Positions 19,181 to 29,293 of a stretch of DNA of 64,000 nt are shown here, in pieces (the stretch's first letter is position 1; every line of letters begins with the position of its first letter). Position numbers and translations under genes: made by a program. The notes under the pieces are model-generated. The model was not told the DNA's origin. It saw nothing but the letters and a program-made list of their open reading frames with translations, and did not search any database. Origin of the DNA: an uncultured delta proteobacterium (GTDB lineage: Bacteria > Myxococcota_A > Polyangia > Polyangiales > Houyiibacteriaceae); assembly GCA_963699755.1 (NCBI GenBank), contig CAVOVB010000007.1, positions 1 to 64,000 on the forward strand, given 5' to 3'.

Positions 19181-19496
19181 CGGCTTTTTTCAAGATGTCT
19201 TTTTCGACTTTGAGCTGTTTGCTCTCGCGTCGAAGTCGCCGAAGCTCTTCGCGCTCGGCGGTCGTCAGACCATCGCTGCGGGCGCCGCGGTCACGGTCGG
19301 CCTGCGCCACCCAGTTGCATATCGCCTGGGCCGAGGGCTCAAACTCCCTGGCGAGGTCCTCCGGGCTGCGACCCGAGCGGACTAGCTCGACCATTCGCTC
19401 CCGAAACTCGGCCGGGTAGGCTGGCGTGTGTCTCTGAGGCATGTGGACTCCTCTGCCCGAAACCGGGCGAGTGTCCACGAAACAGGGTCAACTCCA
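19181..19496 (-). pseudogene. IS3-family left end and orfA, interrupted by IS30
   Basis: MPQRHTPAYPAEFRERMVELVRSGRS...EKDILKKAA; TG end at 19496. Confidence 0.85.
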
Positions 19497-19646
19497 CTAT
19501 CGAAAAAGGCGCTCCTCCGGGCGGCGTCGGTCCTCGGAGACGACATCGAGATGCGGCGGCCAACGAGAGACGATCTCGGGACGATGACCGACCTCGAGCG
19601 GGTGGCGCCGATCCAACGCGACGACGGGACGGAGGTGGTGAAGCAG

Positions 19647-20192
19647 TCAGCGCTCGCGGAGGATGAGCTCCAGGTTCTGTAGAGCCCATTCGACTCGGCG
19701 CTGCCGACTCAGCCTTAGGGACGTGTGCTGCTCGCCGATCAGCGCCGTGTAGAACAAGCGCGCCCGCATCGCTGCCGTCGCGCGTGCCTTACCGCACGCT
19801 TCCAGAAGATGGCGAACATATTCGTATCGCTGGGCGTCGACCCGCTTGACTCGGGCGGCGGCGCTCTCGTCGTGGCTGGCCCAGGCTCGCACGGCACGAT
19901 CCAGCGGTGCACCATGGCGGAAGACGAGTCGGACGAGCGCTCGGAGGCGGTCGTCCGGCGCTTCGCAAGCCTGCTCCACCGCCTCGATCACCTGCGTGGT
20001 TGCCCGTCGCTCCCATTCCTCGAGCACCGCATCGAGGAGGGCTCGTCGGTCGGCGAAGTGCCAGTAGAAGCTGCCCTTGGTCACACCCAGCGCCCGCGCC
20101 AGTGGCTCGATCCGAACCGCCGCGACTCCCCGTTTCGCGAGGGCTTCTGTGGCCTTGTCGGTCCAGGCCGCTGCGCTCAACCGTTCTGGCAT
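19647..20192 (-). CDS. TetR-family regulator
   Basis: VRIEPLARALGVTKGSFYWHF. Confidence 0.9.
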   Translation of the reverse strand: MPERLSAAAWTDKATEALAKRGVAAVRIEPLARALGVTKGSFYWHFADRRALLDAVLEEWERRATTQVIEAVEQACEAPDDRLRALVRLVFRHGAPLDRAVRAWASHDESAAARVKRVDAQRYEYVRHLLEACGKARATAAMRARLFYTALIGEQHTSLRLSRQRRVEWALQNLELILRER

Positions 20193-20199
20193 GAGGACC

Positions 20200-20263
20200 A
20201 CCATACGGTAGCGTATTGACTTCGGCAACCGTTGCCCTAAGGTACCATACGTAACCGTATGGT
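20200..20263. promoter_or_regulatory. Two TetR operator-like palindromes in a divergent promoter
   Basis: ACCATACG-N4-CGTATGGT perfect at 20244-20263; near-copy at 20200-20219. Confidence 0.75.
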
Positions 20264-20281
20264 TGCGGTGAGGAGCACGAC

Positions 20282-20692
20282 ATGCATATCCGGAACACGC
20301 ACGCGCGCGAGGTCGCTCGGCCGCCCTCGGAGGTATTCGCAGCCCTCGAAGCAGTGGGTACCGAGAACGACACGGTCTGGCCCGCGCCATCCATCCCTTT
20401 CGAGCGCACACCGGGGCAGCTCCGGGTCATGGAGACCAAGGAGCGCCACGGCATCATTCGCGCAACCCTCGTGGAGCTCGAGCCGGACCGAAGTCTCGTC
20501 TGGCGCGCCGACCAGCCGTTCATCAAGGGAACGCACGGCTTCGAGATCACGGAGACGGACGCCGGATGTCACGTGACGCACGTCCTCGACGCTCGCCTTG
20601 CTTGGTGGTTCGTGCCCATCTGGATGTTCAAGGTACGGGCGGTTCACGATCGGATCTTGGAGCGTCTGCTCGAACGACTCGAGACGGCCTAG
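20282..20692 (+). CDS. SRPBCC-like protein
   Basis: Divergent from the TetR; VELEPDRSLVW..GTHGFEI..VTHVL; HDRILERLL. Confidence 0.7.
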   Translation: MHIRNTHAREVARPPSEVFAALEAVGTENDTVWPAPSIPFERTPGQLRVMETKERHGIIRATLVELEPDRSLVWRADQPFIKGTHGFEITETDAGCHVTHVLDARLAWWFVPIWMFKVRAVHDRILERLLERLETA

Positions 20693-20742
20693 GGCTGCGC
20701 TGCCAACGAGACCGCGCGAGTCAACCCCGATCGACGTAAGCG

Positions 20743-21567
20743 CTACCGAGGGGTGCGGGCGACCGCGCAGCGTGCGACCGCGCCGAGCGCGAGCGATCTG
20801 GTCGGCTTGCCGAGTCTGCGGAACAGCGCCGCTCGGAGGCGTTGTCGATCATCGTCGCGGAGCGAGACGCAATAGGCGCCCGCGGGGCCGACACCTGCGA
20901 GGAAGCCGTTCCAGAGCTCCTCGAAATCGGCGTAGGTCGACGAGACCCGCAGCGTCGACTCGACTACGTCGACCACCCCCGCCGACACGAATAGCTCGGC
21001 GATCTCACCGGGGCGCCCGAAGCGCAGCGTCGCTGCCTCATCGGGAGCGTCCGTATCGATCTCGAGCGCTGCGTCCCAGAAAGAGCGCAGCATCTCCATG
21101 CCGTCAGCGAAATCCCAGACGCAGGCGGAGACCCACCCACCCGGGCGGACGACCCTCATCATCTCACTTGCCGCCCGAGCCGGGTCGGACACGAAGTGCA
21201 GCACGAGCTGCGCCATGGCGTGGTCGAAGCGGCAGGCCTCGAACGGGATCGACTCGGCCCGCCCAACCTCGACCCGAACGCCTGGAAGCCGATTGGCGCA
21301 CTCGGTCACGAACCCAGATGCAGGATCACACGCGGCCACCGCCTCGACGCCAAGCCGGTCGACGAGCACCGACACGAGCGCTCCCGGACCGCAGCCAACG
21401 TCGACCGCCGTCTGCCCGCGACGAACGCCTGCGGCGTCGGCGAACCGATCGGCCAGCAAACGCGAATAGCGGCCCATGAACGAGTCGTAGGTCGCACCAG
21501 TGACACCGAACGTCCTGGCACCCTCGACGTGCTCCCTCACGGACACTCGAGATTGCCGCAATGGCAT
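20743..21567 (-). CDS. Class I SAM-dependent methyltransferase
   Basis: YDSFMGRYS, VDVGCGPG, AESIPF, LVLHFV. Confidence 0.9.
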   Translation of the reverse strand: MPLRQSRVSVREHVEGARTFGVTGATYDSFMGRYSRLLADRFADAAGVRRGQTAVDVGCGPGALVSVLVDRLGVEAVAACDPASGFVTECANRLPGVRVEVGRAESIPFEACRFDHAMAQLVLHFVSDPARAASEMMRVVRPGGWVSACVWDFADGMEMLRSFWDAALEIDTDAPDEAATLRFGRPGEIAELFVSAGVVDVVESTLRVSSTYADFEELWNGFLAGVGPAGAYCVSLRDDDRQRLRAALFRRLGKPTRSLALGAVARCAVARTPR

Positions 21568-21887
21568 TCACAGTAGTAGACGCCGCCTGGCGGAGGCATC
21601 GAGGGATCGACGTTGGTCCCGCAAGTACCGTAGACCTCTGTGCCCCCTGGGCCGCAAAACGCCCGACAGGGGGTATCGCAGTCGCTGATCTCGAATGGGT
21701 TGCACTCCTCGCTCACCACGCAGGGGTCGCCCGCCGTGCCGCCACCACCACCGCCGCCATCGGTTGCACCGCTTCCGCTGCTGCCCCCTTCTTCGGAGCC
21801 GCAGCTCGGAGCCATCAGCAAAGCGGATGCGCCGATCAACACGAGCAACCTCACCCACCGCAACACTTCATCGTGAAACGCACGCAT
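21537..21887 (-). CDS. Small Cys-rich lipoprotein
   Basis: Signal peptide, APSC, Gly linker, Cys-rich tail. Confidence 0.6.
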   Translation of the reverse strand: MRAFHDEVLRWVRLLVLIGASALLMAPSCGSEEGGSSGSGATDGGGGGGGTAGDPCVVSEECNPFEISDCDTPCRAFCGPGGTEVYGTCGTNVDPSMPPPGGVYYCECHCGNLECP

Positions 21888-22057
21888 AGGGCCTCCATCG
21901 TTCCTCGAGACGGCGCACCTAGTGCGTTCGTCTGTGTATCGAGGCGGACGCTAAGCCAGCTCGGCTTCGCTGGTCAAATGCTTTCAACAGCCTTCAACCC
22001 CCAAACCGCCTGTGCCTTTCTTGTCCATTACGACCGCTGCCGATACACCCCGTTAAC

Positions 22058-22225
22058 GTGAAGCGGCCCGGTATCAGGTTCGTGGTCTCGCTGGCGGTCA
22101 TGGCTGCGTTGGCGAGCCGGAGCGCTGCGCAGGAACAGCCGGCGCTCGAGACTCCGCGCGGCGAAACGCCGTCCCCCCAAGATGTCGAGGCTGAGGACGG
22201 TGACCTTCCGGATGAGCTCTCTTAG
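22058..22225 (+). pseudogene. Secreted protein N-terminus cut at R5
   Basis: MKRPGIRFVVSLAVMAALASRSAAQEQP...DLPDE followed by a repeat-derived stop. Confidence 0.55.
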
Positions 22226-22317
22226 CCCATCGGGATCAAGAGAAGCGCCGAATTGCGCGGTACTAGATGTAATGTCGCCTGGGGCGCGAACCTCAAAGGG
22301 CGTTTGTTTCGACTATC
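22216..22317 (+). repeat. dif-like repeat R5 (complete)
   Basis: TTGCGCGGTAC TAGATG TAATGTCGCCT (22253-22280); ends GCGTTTGTTTCGACTATC. Confidence 0.92.
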
Positions 22318-22586
22318 AGCCTGCTCCAGCCAGGGCCGCTGAAGGTAGGCTGCTGAGTCTCTATCCCCAGCCCGCCCCCGGCGAATGCGTCGTAGCTGAC
22401 GGTCCCTTCAGCGATCAGCTCGTCGATGCGCGGGGTCGATGCGCGCTCGAGGGCATCGACGCGCACACCGTCGAGCCCAATGACGATGGCATGTCGCGAC
22501 TTCGTGCCGGCGTCGCCGGTGCCGCACGCGGCGATGAAAACGATGGCGAGAGCCAAGGGTCGCATGGCTGCGGAACGTACACGCAC
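22318..22586 (-). pseudogene. Alkaline phosphatase/phosphodiesterase family N-terminal fragment cut at R5
   Basis: IVIGLDGVRVDAL..TPRIDELIAEG..TFSGPGWS then repeat sequence. Confidence 0.75.
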
Positions 22587-22602
22587 CGTCTGCCCCTGTC
22601 AC

Positions 22603-23793
22603 TCATGCCGCCACGGGCGAGGGCGTCCTGTCTGGCTCCTGCTCGAAGCCCGCCACGATCGCGTCCTCTTCCCTCCCCATCTCCTCGCTCATCATCTGGT
22701 GGTAGCGCTGGACGGTTTGGATGTCCCAATCGAGCGACGCAACCCTGTCGGAGATTTCGAAGAACTTCAGAGAGAGGTCGTCACGGGCAGCCTGAAACCG
22801 GGAAAGGCTATCGCCATCTGCGATCGTTCGGGCGAGGATGTCGGCGTCGCGAAGCGCATTGGTGATGCCGTGGGCGGTGATCGGATCAGTCATGTAACCC
22901 GCGTCGCCAACGAGCGCCCAGCCATGCCCGTGGGGCTGGCGAAGAAACCCACGCATGCCTGGGAAGAAGCGGAGCTTGCCGTCGAGCTTGGCGTCGGGCA
23001 GTCGCGCTGCGACATCGGGCGCGCTCTCGGCGATGACTTCGTAGAACGCGCGCCGGTGGCTCGCGACAGACCCTTGCGCGAAGCCCCCGGGGACGGAGGC
23101 GAACAGACAGGTTTGATCGCCATTGGTCGGAATGGCACCCGAGCCCATCCCCGGTCGGAAGTACCACCGGTTGCCGTCGACCGGCAGCCCGTCGAAGTAC
23201 CCGAAAGCGCACACAGTCGCGTGACGCCCCACCACGTAGGGCGTCGCCCCGGCTAGCCGGGCCACGGTCGATCGTCGTCCGTCTGCCCCGATGACGAGCT
23301 TCGAGCGAACTTCCCTGCGTCGCCCATGCTCGTCCCTCACCACCACGCCTGACACCTTGCCGCCCTCTCCGCGTAGCAAGTCGAGCATCTGAACATCGTG
23401 GCGGACATCCGCCCCCGCGTCGCAAGCAGCTTCGACGAGCACCCGATCGAGAACGGTCCGGCGGGGCGCGTAGAGCGCATGGACGCCGCGACGCGGCTTG
23501 ATCTCCACCTCGACCGATTGGCTATCTCGTTCATCGGAGTAGAGGAAAGATGTCTTCGTGATTCGTGGGGTTCCCACCTCCTCGAGCCGGTCCGTGATGC
23601 CCCAGCGGTGAAGTAGTAGCACCGCAGGGCGCATCAGCGCGTGGGTAGAAACCGTATCCGTTCCCAATCGGCTCTTGTCGAACACGAGGACGCGCAGGCC
23701 GAGGGCCGCGAGGAGCATCGCCGTAGCGGCGCCCGCGCAGCGGGCTCCCACAATCACGACATCATAGGCATTGTTGATCTGTTGCATGGTCAT
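22603..23793 (-). CDS. FAD-dependent oxidoreductase
   Basis: VVIVGARCAGA, IGADGRRS, LVGDAGYMTDPITAHGI. Confidence 0.88.
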   Translation of the reverse strand: MTMQQINNAYDVVIVGARCAGAATAMLLAALGLRVLVFDKSRLGTDTVSTHALMRPAVLLLHRWGITDRLEEVGTPRITKTSFLYSDERDSQSVEVEIKPRRGVHALYAPRRTVLDRVLVEAACDAGADVRHDVQMLDLLRGEGGKVSGVVVRDEHGRRREVRSKLVIGADGRRSTVARLAGATPYVVGRHATVCAFGYFDGLPVDGNRWYFRPGMGSGAIPTNGDQTCLFASVPGGFAQGSVASHRRAFYEVIAESAPDVAARLPDAKLDGKLRFFPGMRGFLRQPHGHGWALVGDAGYMTDPITAHGITNALRDADILARTIADGDSLSRFQAARDDLSLKFFEISDRVASLDWDIQTVQRYHQMMSEEMGREEDAIVAGFEQEPDRTPSPVAA

Positions 23794-23804
23794 GGTCTCG
23801 GCTC

Positions 23805-25046
23805 CTAGGCAGCAATGGACGAATGGTGAAATCGATGGGAGAGGTGCGCAGCGAGGACTCGAGCGTCTTCGCCAACGCCGTCGATGAAGCTCGACTTGCG
23901 GGTGCGTTGGAAGTTGAGACCCAACGCATAGAGGCCGGGCGCGTTGGTGACGCCGCCGTCGTGGATGATTTCGCCACGGATATCGAGTACCGGAACCTTC
24001 AACCAGGGGTATCGACGTCGGTATCCGGTAGCCCACACGACAGCTGTGATGCCCGTGTTGTGCAGGTCGATCTCCGTGGGTGCCGTCGGGACCTCGATGG
24101 CGGGGCGGCGATCGGGCGCTTCGGCATCCATCAAGGTCTCGTCGATGAAGCGATCGATGGTGCCGAGCACACGGTCGAGCTTGCGCTCTGCCGCGTCGAC
24201 GTTGCGCTTCAGGTCGTCGCAGAACGAGACGCGAGCACCGTCGGCATCGGAGAGACGCCCGACCAGACGAACGCCCTCTTCTTGGAGGACGGCGAGATCG
24301 AGGGTCTGGTGGTCTGGTGTTCCGACGAGCTGCAGCGACGGCTGCCGACGGGCCGACTCGACGTCGAACGCACGCTCCACCGGCTCCGACAACATTCCGC
24401 TCGTCTCGAGCCACCATGTGATGTCCCGACCCCGATAGCGGCGCGGGACACGCGTATGGCGACCGACCGCGAGCGTCACGGGGCGGCCGGAGCGATGGAT
24501 CTCCTGCGCGAGCTGAACCCCGGATGCCGAAGCGCCCACCACGAGCACGCCACCATCGGGGAGCTGTTCCGGGCTCTTGTAGCTGGATGGCACGACTTGG
24601 TGAATGTCAGCCGCGAGATCTCGAGCGGTCTTCGGCACGAACGGCAGGTCGCAGTGCCCCGTCGCCACGACAACGGTGGGCGCTCCCCAATCACCTTGGT
24701 TGGTGCGAACGCGATAGCCTCCTTCCGGAGCCCGCCTGACACTCAGCACGGTGGTCTCGTCTTGCACGGGCGCGCTGAAGGACCGAGCGTACTGCTCGAA
24801 ATAGGAAATCACTTCGGGCATCGTCATGAATCCGTCGGGATCCCCGCCGTCGTAGCGGAAGCCAGGTAGTCGGCTGTGCCACTTCGGGCTCAGGAGACGT
24901 AGTGAATCCCATCGTTCGCTCCGCCAACGCTCCGCAACGCGACCCCGCTCGAGGATCACGTGCTCGATCCCCTCTTCCGTCAGACACTGGCTCATCGCCA
25001 GACCCGCCTGTCCGCCGCCAATGATGATCGTGTCTGTGCGCTTCAT
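23805..25046 (-). CDS. Flavin-containing monooxygenase-like NAD(P)/FAD oxidoreductase
   Basis: IIGGGQAG, RWDSLRL, VVGASASG, VWATGY. Confidence 0.88.
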   Translation of the reverse strand: MKRTDTIIIGGGQAGLAMSQCLTEEGIEHVILERGRVAERWRSERWDSLRLLSPKWHSRLPGFRYDGGDPDGFMTMPEVISYFEQYARSFSAPVQDETTVLSVRRAPEGGYRVRTNQGDWGAPTVVVATGHCDLPFVPKTARDLAADIHQVVPSSYKSPEQLPDGGVLVVGASASGVQLAQEIHRSGRPVTLAVGRHTRVPRRYRGRDITWWLETSGMLSEPVERAFDVESARRQPSLQLVGTPDHQTLDLAVLQEEGVRLVGRLSDADGARVSFCDDLKRNVDAAERKLDRVLGTIDRFIDETLMDAEAPDRRPAIEVPTAPTEIDLHNTGITAVVWATGYRRRYPWLKVPVLDIRGEIIHDGGVTNAPGLYALGLNFQRTRKSSFIDGVGEDARVLAAHLSHRFHHSSIAA

Positions 25047-25126
25047 GGCTTCCTCCTCTCCGCCGACGGGTGCACGCCGACCGGCCCTTCATCGCTCAGG
25101 CCGGTCGGCGTTCGTCGGCTGGCTCA

Positions 25127-25735
25127 TTACGCGGCATCGACTTCGATGGAGATGGGGACGCCGTTGGTGAGCACGTCGTACACGGCAGAGCGTGCTTGCG
25201 ATTGCGCCACGATCTTACGAAGCGTCTCTTCGTCCGCGTCGCCCTTGATCTTGTAGCTGAGTCGAAGCGCCTGATAGCCATTGCGGACGTCGTCCGACAG
25301 TCCGAGCAGTCCCTGAACGTCGAGATCGCCTTCGACGGTGCACTCGACCGACTCGAGCTCGACGCCGCGCGCGGAGGCGATGTTGCCGATTCCGGCGGTG
25401 ATGCAGCCGGCGATGGCGTGCAGAAGGAACTCGACCGGGGTCGGGGCGTTGCCCTTGCCGCAGAGCACCGGGGGATGATCCCCATCGTAGACGAAGTCAG
25501 CAGTCTGCTCGTGCTCGGCACCCGCGCCGCTGAAGCCTTCGATCCGGCTTCGGCTGTGAGTGCCCGTGATCCACTGGTTCGACGCGCGGAACTGGAACTT
25601 CGCCAGCTCGGGCTGCTGCCCAACGGCGTTAATCGTCGCGAACAAGGTCGGAACGTCGACTCCGTTCATCGCCACCTTCTCGCGGCGGGGCTTCGGGTTG
25701 CTGGGATCGGTCTGCGTTGCTGTGTTGGTTTCCAT
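25127..25735 (-). CDS. OsmC family protein
   Basis: NGVDV..LFATI, DGDHPPVLCG, PTPVEFLLHAIAGC, SAVYDVL. Confidence 0.88.
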   Translation of the reverse strand: METNTATQTDPSNPKPRREKVAMNGVDVPTLFATINAVGQQPELAKFQFRASNQWITGTHSRSRIEGFSGAGAEHEQTADFVYDGDHPPVLCGKGNAPTPVEFLLHAIAGCITAGIGNIASARGVELESVECTVEGDLDVQGLLGLSDDVRNGYQALRLSYKIKGDADEETLRKIVAQSQARSAVYDVLTNGVPISIEVDAA

Positions 25736-25876
25736 GATTTCCTCTTGCGTTGGGGTTGAGGTGGCCGGGGTCGTTCCCGTCCACACAAATCAACCTACGA
25801 ACGAAGCGTGTGAGGCTCCGTGTGAGGGATCGTGGAAAGCGCAGTGCCTAGGATCTCTTCGGCTAAACGCCTGAAA

Positions 25877-26128
25877 TCACGGCGTATGGACAGTGGAAGA
25901 CCAGATGACGGCGTTTGCGGGAAAGCCGTTCGCGCGGCCGAGCGAGCGAAGCGCCTCGGCGTCCGGCGCCTCGAACACACAGACCAGTCGCCTGCCATCG
26001 GGCATCAGATAACTGCATAGAGGCTTGGCGCGATAGAGCTCGAGGCATTGCATCGAGGCGGCCATGGCCGTCACCTCTTGCGGGGTCAGCCGCTCGGGAA
26101 ATTCGCGCTCGACGACGACGTAGTCCAT
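25877..26128 (-). CDS. DUF4242-like small protein
   Basis: VVVEREF...CVFEAPDAEALR. Confidence 0.75.
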   Translation of the reverse strand: MDYVVVEREFPERLTPQEVTAMAASMQCLELYRAKPLCSYLMPDGRRLVCVFEAPDAEALRSLGRANGFPANAVIWSSTVHTP

Positions 26129-26212
26129 CGGACGAAGTTACCACCCTCCCGGTTTCATTGGCAAAGCAAAGCGCGATTGACGCCCTGCGCCGCGAGGGGC
26201 AGGCTCACCCCG

Positions 26213-29200
26213 GTGAGCGTCGCCGCGCTTCAGGTCCAAGTCTTGGGACCGCTCGCCGTTCGTAGGGACGGCGCCGCGGTCGCTCTGCCGCAGTCGAAGA
26301 AGACCCGTGGATTGTTCGCTTACCTCGCCATCACGGGTCGCTCTCACCGGCGCGAGCGGCTGTGCTCCCTGTTATGGGACGTCGCAGACGACCCCCGAGG
26401 AGCCCTGCGCTGGAGCCTTTCCAAGATTCGGCCGCTGGTCGACAGCGACACCAAGCGCTGCCTCATTGCGGACCGCGAGAACGTCGCGCTCGAGCTCGGC
26501 GAGACCTCGCTCGATTGGCGCTGGGTCCGTCGGGAGTTGGACGTGGGAGTCGAGTCGATCCCGACGGAGCGTTTGCGGGAGCTCGATTCGGTGTTCGAAG
26601 GCGAGCTCCTCGAGGGCCTCGATCTGATCGACTTCGACGAATTCACCGCTTGGTGCGCCGCGGAGCGAGAGCATGCGCGGACCATGCACGTGAAGGTGTT
26701 GCAAGCATTGGTCGAGCGACTATCGCCAACTCCGGACGAAGCGTTGCCGTTCGCGCGGGAGCTCGTTCGCATCGATCCGATCAACGAAGATGCACGCGGC
26801 CGTTTGATTCATCTTCTGGCGCTCGCAGGTCGAAGAAACGAAGCGAAGAGCCAATACGAAAGCGCATCTCGGCTTCTCAACGAGCTCGGCACCAAAGACC
26901 CGACCGGCCCGCTCGAGACCGCCTGGCGAGACGCCAATGAGCGATCGAGCGTGGCGCGCGCAGACGACCAAGCCGCAACAGCGCCGCCCTCCCCTTTGCC
27001 CGAGCCCACGCCCGCGAGCGCACGCAGCCGTGATGTGTTCGTCGGCCGTCAGGCGGAGCGCAGCCGTTTGATTTCGCTCCTCGACGCAGCCGGCGAAGGC
27101 CGTCTGACCATCTTCATGCTCAAGGGCGAGTCCGGCGTCGGCAAGACCCGCCTGCTCGCCGAGCTCAGTGACGAAGCGAAGCGCCGCGGATGCACCGTAT
27201 TCGAAGCGAGCGCGTATGAAGCTGAAGCAGGTCGACCGTACGGGCCATGGATTGACGCGCTTCGCCGACTGCCTCGCGAGATCGTCACCGAGGCGGGTGC
27301 CGGTGCGCTCTCGCCTTTGCTTCCGGAGCTTGGCAGCGACGCCCAAACAGCACCGAGCCGCGATCGGCTATTCGGCGCAGTGGTCGACCTCATCGCGGCG
27401 CGCGCGCGGCCCGAAGCGCCTGCATTGCTGCTATTCGATGACATCCACTGGTGCGACGACGCAACCTCCGAGCTGCTCCACTACGTAGCGAGAATGAGCC
27501 TCCACCAACCCGTCGCGATGGTCTTCGGAGCGCGGGATGGCGAGCTCGTCGACAACGAGTCCGCGATGCGAATACTGCGAAGCTTCCGGCGCGACGGCTT
27601 GATCGACGAGCAGCTCTTGCTGCCGCTCACGGAGAAGGACGTCGCCGAGCTGATCCGAACCCTCCATGGCACCGCAGATGCGGCAGAGGTGTTCAGCCTG
27701 AGCGGTGGCAATGCGCTGATGGCACGCGAGCTCGCGCATGCGTCCGGCGCCGGCGAAACGGTTCCCGGCTCGCTCCGTGAGCTCGTTGGGGATCGAATCG
27801 ATCGGCTCTCGCCCGAATCACGAAACGTGCTGCGCTGGGGGGCCATACTGGGCCCAATGTTCGACGTCGGCCGACTCGCCGAGCTCGTATCGTTGGACTT
27901 CGAAGCATTGATGAATGCGCTCGCCGAGCTCGAGCGGCGCGCGCTCCTCGGCAATGCGATCGGTTCGGCGGAGATGTATGCCTTTCATCACGCGCTCGTG
28001 CATCACGTCGTCTACTTCCAGATCTCCGAGCCTCGCCGCAAGCTCATGCACCTTCGGGTCGCGAAGCTCCTCGACGGACGCGATGATCCGGACGGGTCCG
28101 TCGCTCTCGAGCTGGCTCATCATGCGTCCGTCGGCGGCGACGCAAGCATGGCGGTGCGGGCCTGTGTGGCAGCAGGCGATCGATGCCTGCGTGTCTTTGC
28201 CAACTCGGAGGCCTTCACGCATGCGCGACGCGGCCTTCGTCTCGTCGAGCAGCTCCCGAATCCGGAACGTGTGAAGCGCCGCATCGAGCTAGAGCAGATC
28301 AGCTTCGCAGCCCGCTGGCCCGACGATCCGGACGCTGAGTCTACACGCATCGAGGCGCTGGCTGAAGAAGCGCTCGACGCGGGTTGTCCGGAGCACGCGC
28401 GTGCCGCGTTCACGCTGGTCAGCTCGCTCCGGTGGCACGAAGGCTCACTGCGCGATGCGCATCGGCTGTCGCTGCGGGCGGAGCTCGCCAGCCGTGGGAC
28501 GGATGATCGCAGCCGTGCCATCGGTATTGCGGAGACGGCGCGTTGCCTCGTCATCCTCGAGCGCGACCTTGCTCAGGCGGAGGCCTTGCTGCTCGAAGCG
28601 AAGGCGCTGACCGAACGCTCCGGTGAAACGGCCTGGGCCGTGTTCGACGGCGTCGGCCTATTGCGCCTGCATGCAGGTGCGCTGGGCGAAGCCAAAGCCG
28701 CGTTCGAAGAGGCTTGGACCATCGCCAGGAAGCGAGGAGATCGGCTCGAAGAGTTCATGTCTCTCGAGCATCTCGTCATGGTCGCAATACACCGCCGAGA
28801 TCCCGATGAGGCTTGCCAGCACGCCAAAGAGCTCGCGGCGATAGGCGAGAAGCTCCGCGAAGGGAGCGAGGGGCCACTTGGCCGCGCCATGCTGGCGCTC
28901 TGCCGATATCAAAGCGGCGAGACGGACCAGCGCCAAGCGCTCGAGGATGCGCTGCAGGAGCTTCGAGATGTCGACGCCAAGCAACGATTGGCCTTCGTAC
29001 TCACACAAGCCGCCGCAGTCGAGTCCGAGCGGGGCGACTTGGTGAGTGCTGCAACGCGCGCGTCCGAAGCCGAGGCGCTTGGACGCGTCCTTCAGCAGCC
29101 GAGCGAGGCGGCGCTCGCGCGGGCCGTCTTGCTTCGCATTGCGCGCGAGCAAGGCGATGCAACTGAAGCTCGGCAGCAGGCGGACGAGCTTCGCGAGATC

Positions 29201-29293
29201 ACCGGGTATGCCAAGCACGTAGGGATCGTCGTCGAGCGGGAGCTTGCTGCCGCGGCGGCCATGACGGGCAGACCAGATTCGGAGGCAGAGTGA
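26213..29293 (+). CDS. SARP/BTAD-AAA ATPase-TPR transcriptional regulator
   Basis: QVLGPL..LFAYLA..RERLCSLLW; FVGRQAE; GESGVGKT; LLFDDIHWCD. Confidence 0.88.
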   Translation: MSVAALQVQVLGPLAVRRDGAAVALPQSKKTRGLFAYLAITGRSHRRERLCSLLWDVADDPRGALRWSLSKIRPLVDSDTKRCLIADRENVALELGETSLDWRWVRRELDVGVESIPTERLRELDSVFEGELLEGLDLIDFDEFTAWCAAEREHARTMHVKVLQALVERLSPTPDEALPFARELVRIDPINEDARGRLIHLLALAGRRNEAKSQYESASRLLNELGTKDPTGPLETAWRDANERSSVARADDQAATAPPSPLPEPTPASARSRDVFVGRQAERSRLISLLDAAGEGRLTIFMLKGESGVGKTRLLAELSDEAKRRGCTVFEASAYEAEAGRPYGPWIDALRRLPREIVTEAGAGALSPLLPELGSDAQTAPSRDRLFGAVVDLIAARARPEAPALLLFDDIHWCDDATSELLHYVARMSLHQPVAMVFGARDGELVDNESAMRILRSFRRDGLIDEQLLLPLTEKDVAELIRTLHGTADAAEVFSLSGGNALMARELAHASGAGETVPGSLRELVGDRIDRLSPESRNVLRWGAILGPMFDVGRLAELVSLDFEALMNALAELERRALLGNAIGSAEMYAFHHALVHHVVYFQISEPRRKLMHLRVAKLLDGRDDPDGSVALELAHHASVGGDASMAVRACVAAGDRCLRVFANSEAFTHARRGLRLVEQLPNPERVKRRIELEQISFAARWPDDPDAESTRIEALAEEALDAGCPEHARAAFTLVSSLRWHEGSLRDAHRLSLRAELASRGTDDRSRAIGIAETARCLVILERDLAQAEALLLEAKALTERSGETAWAVFDGVGLLRLHAGALGEAKAAFEEAWTIARKRGDRLEEFMSLEHLVMVAIHRRDPDEACQHAKELAAIGEKLREGSEGPLGRAMLALCRYQSGETDQRQALEDALQELRDVDAKQRLAFVLTQAAAVESERGDLVSAATRASEAEALGRVLQQPSEAALARAVLLRIAREQGDATEARQQADELREITGYAKHVGIVVERELAAAAAMTGRPDSEAE

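Noticed and set aside
23794..24417. 5' extension of the 604-aa oxidoreductase ORF
   Set aside because: Overlaps the upstream monooxygenase in another frame; the FAD motif begins after 23793
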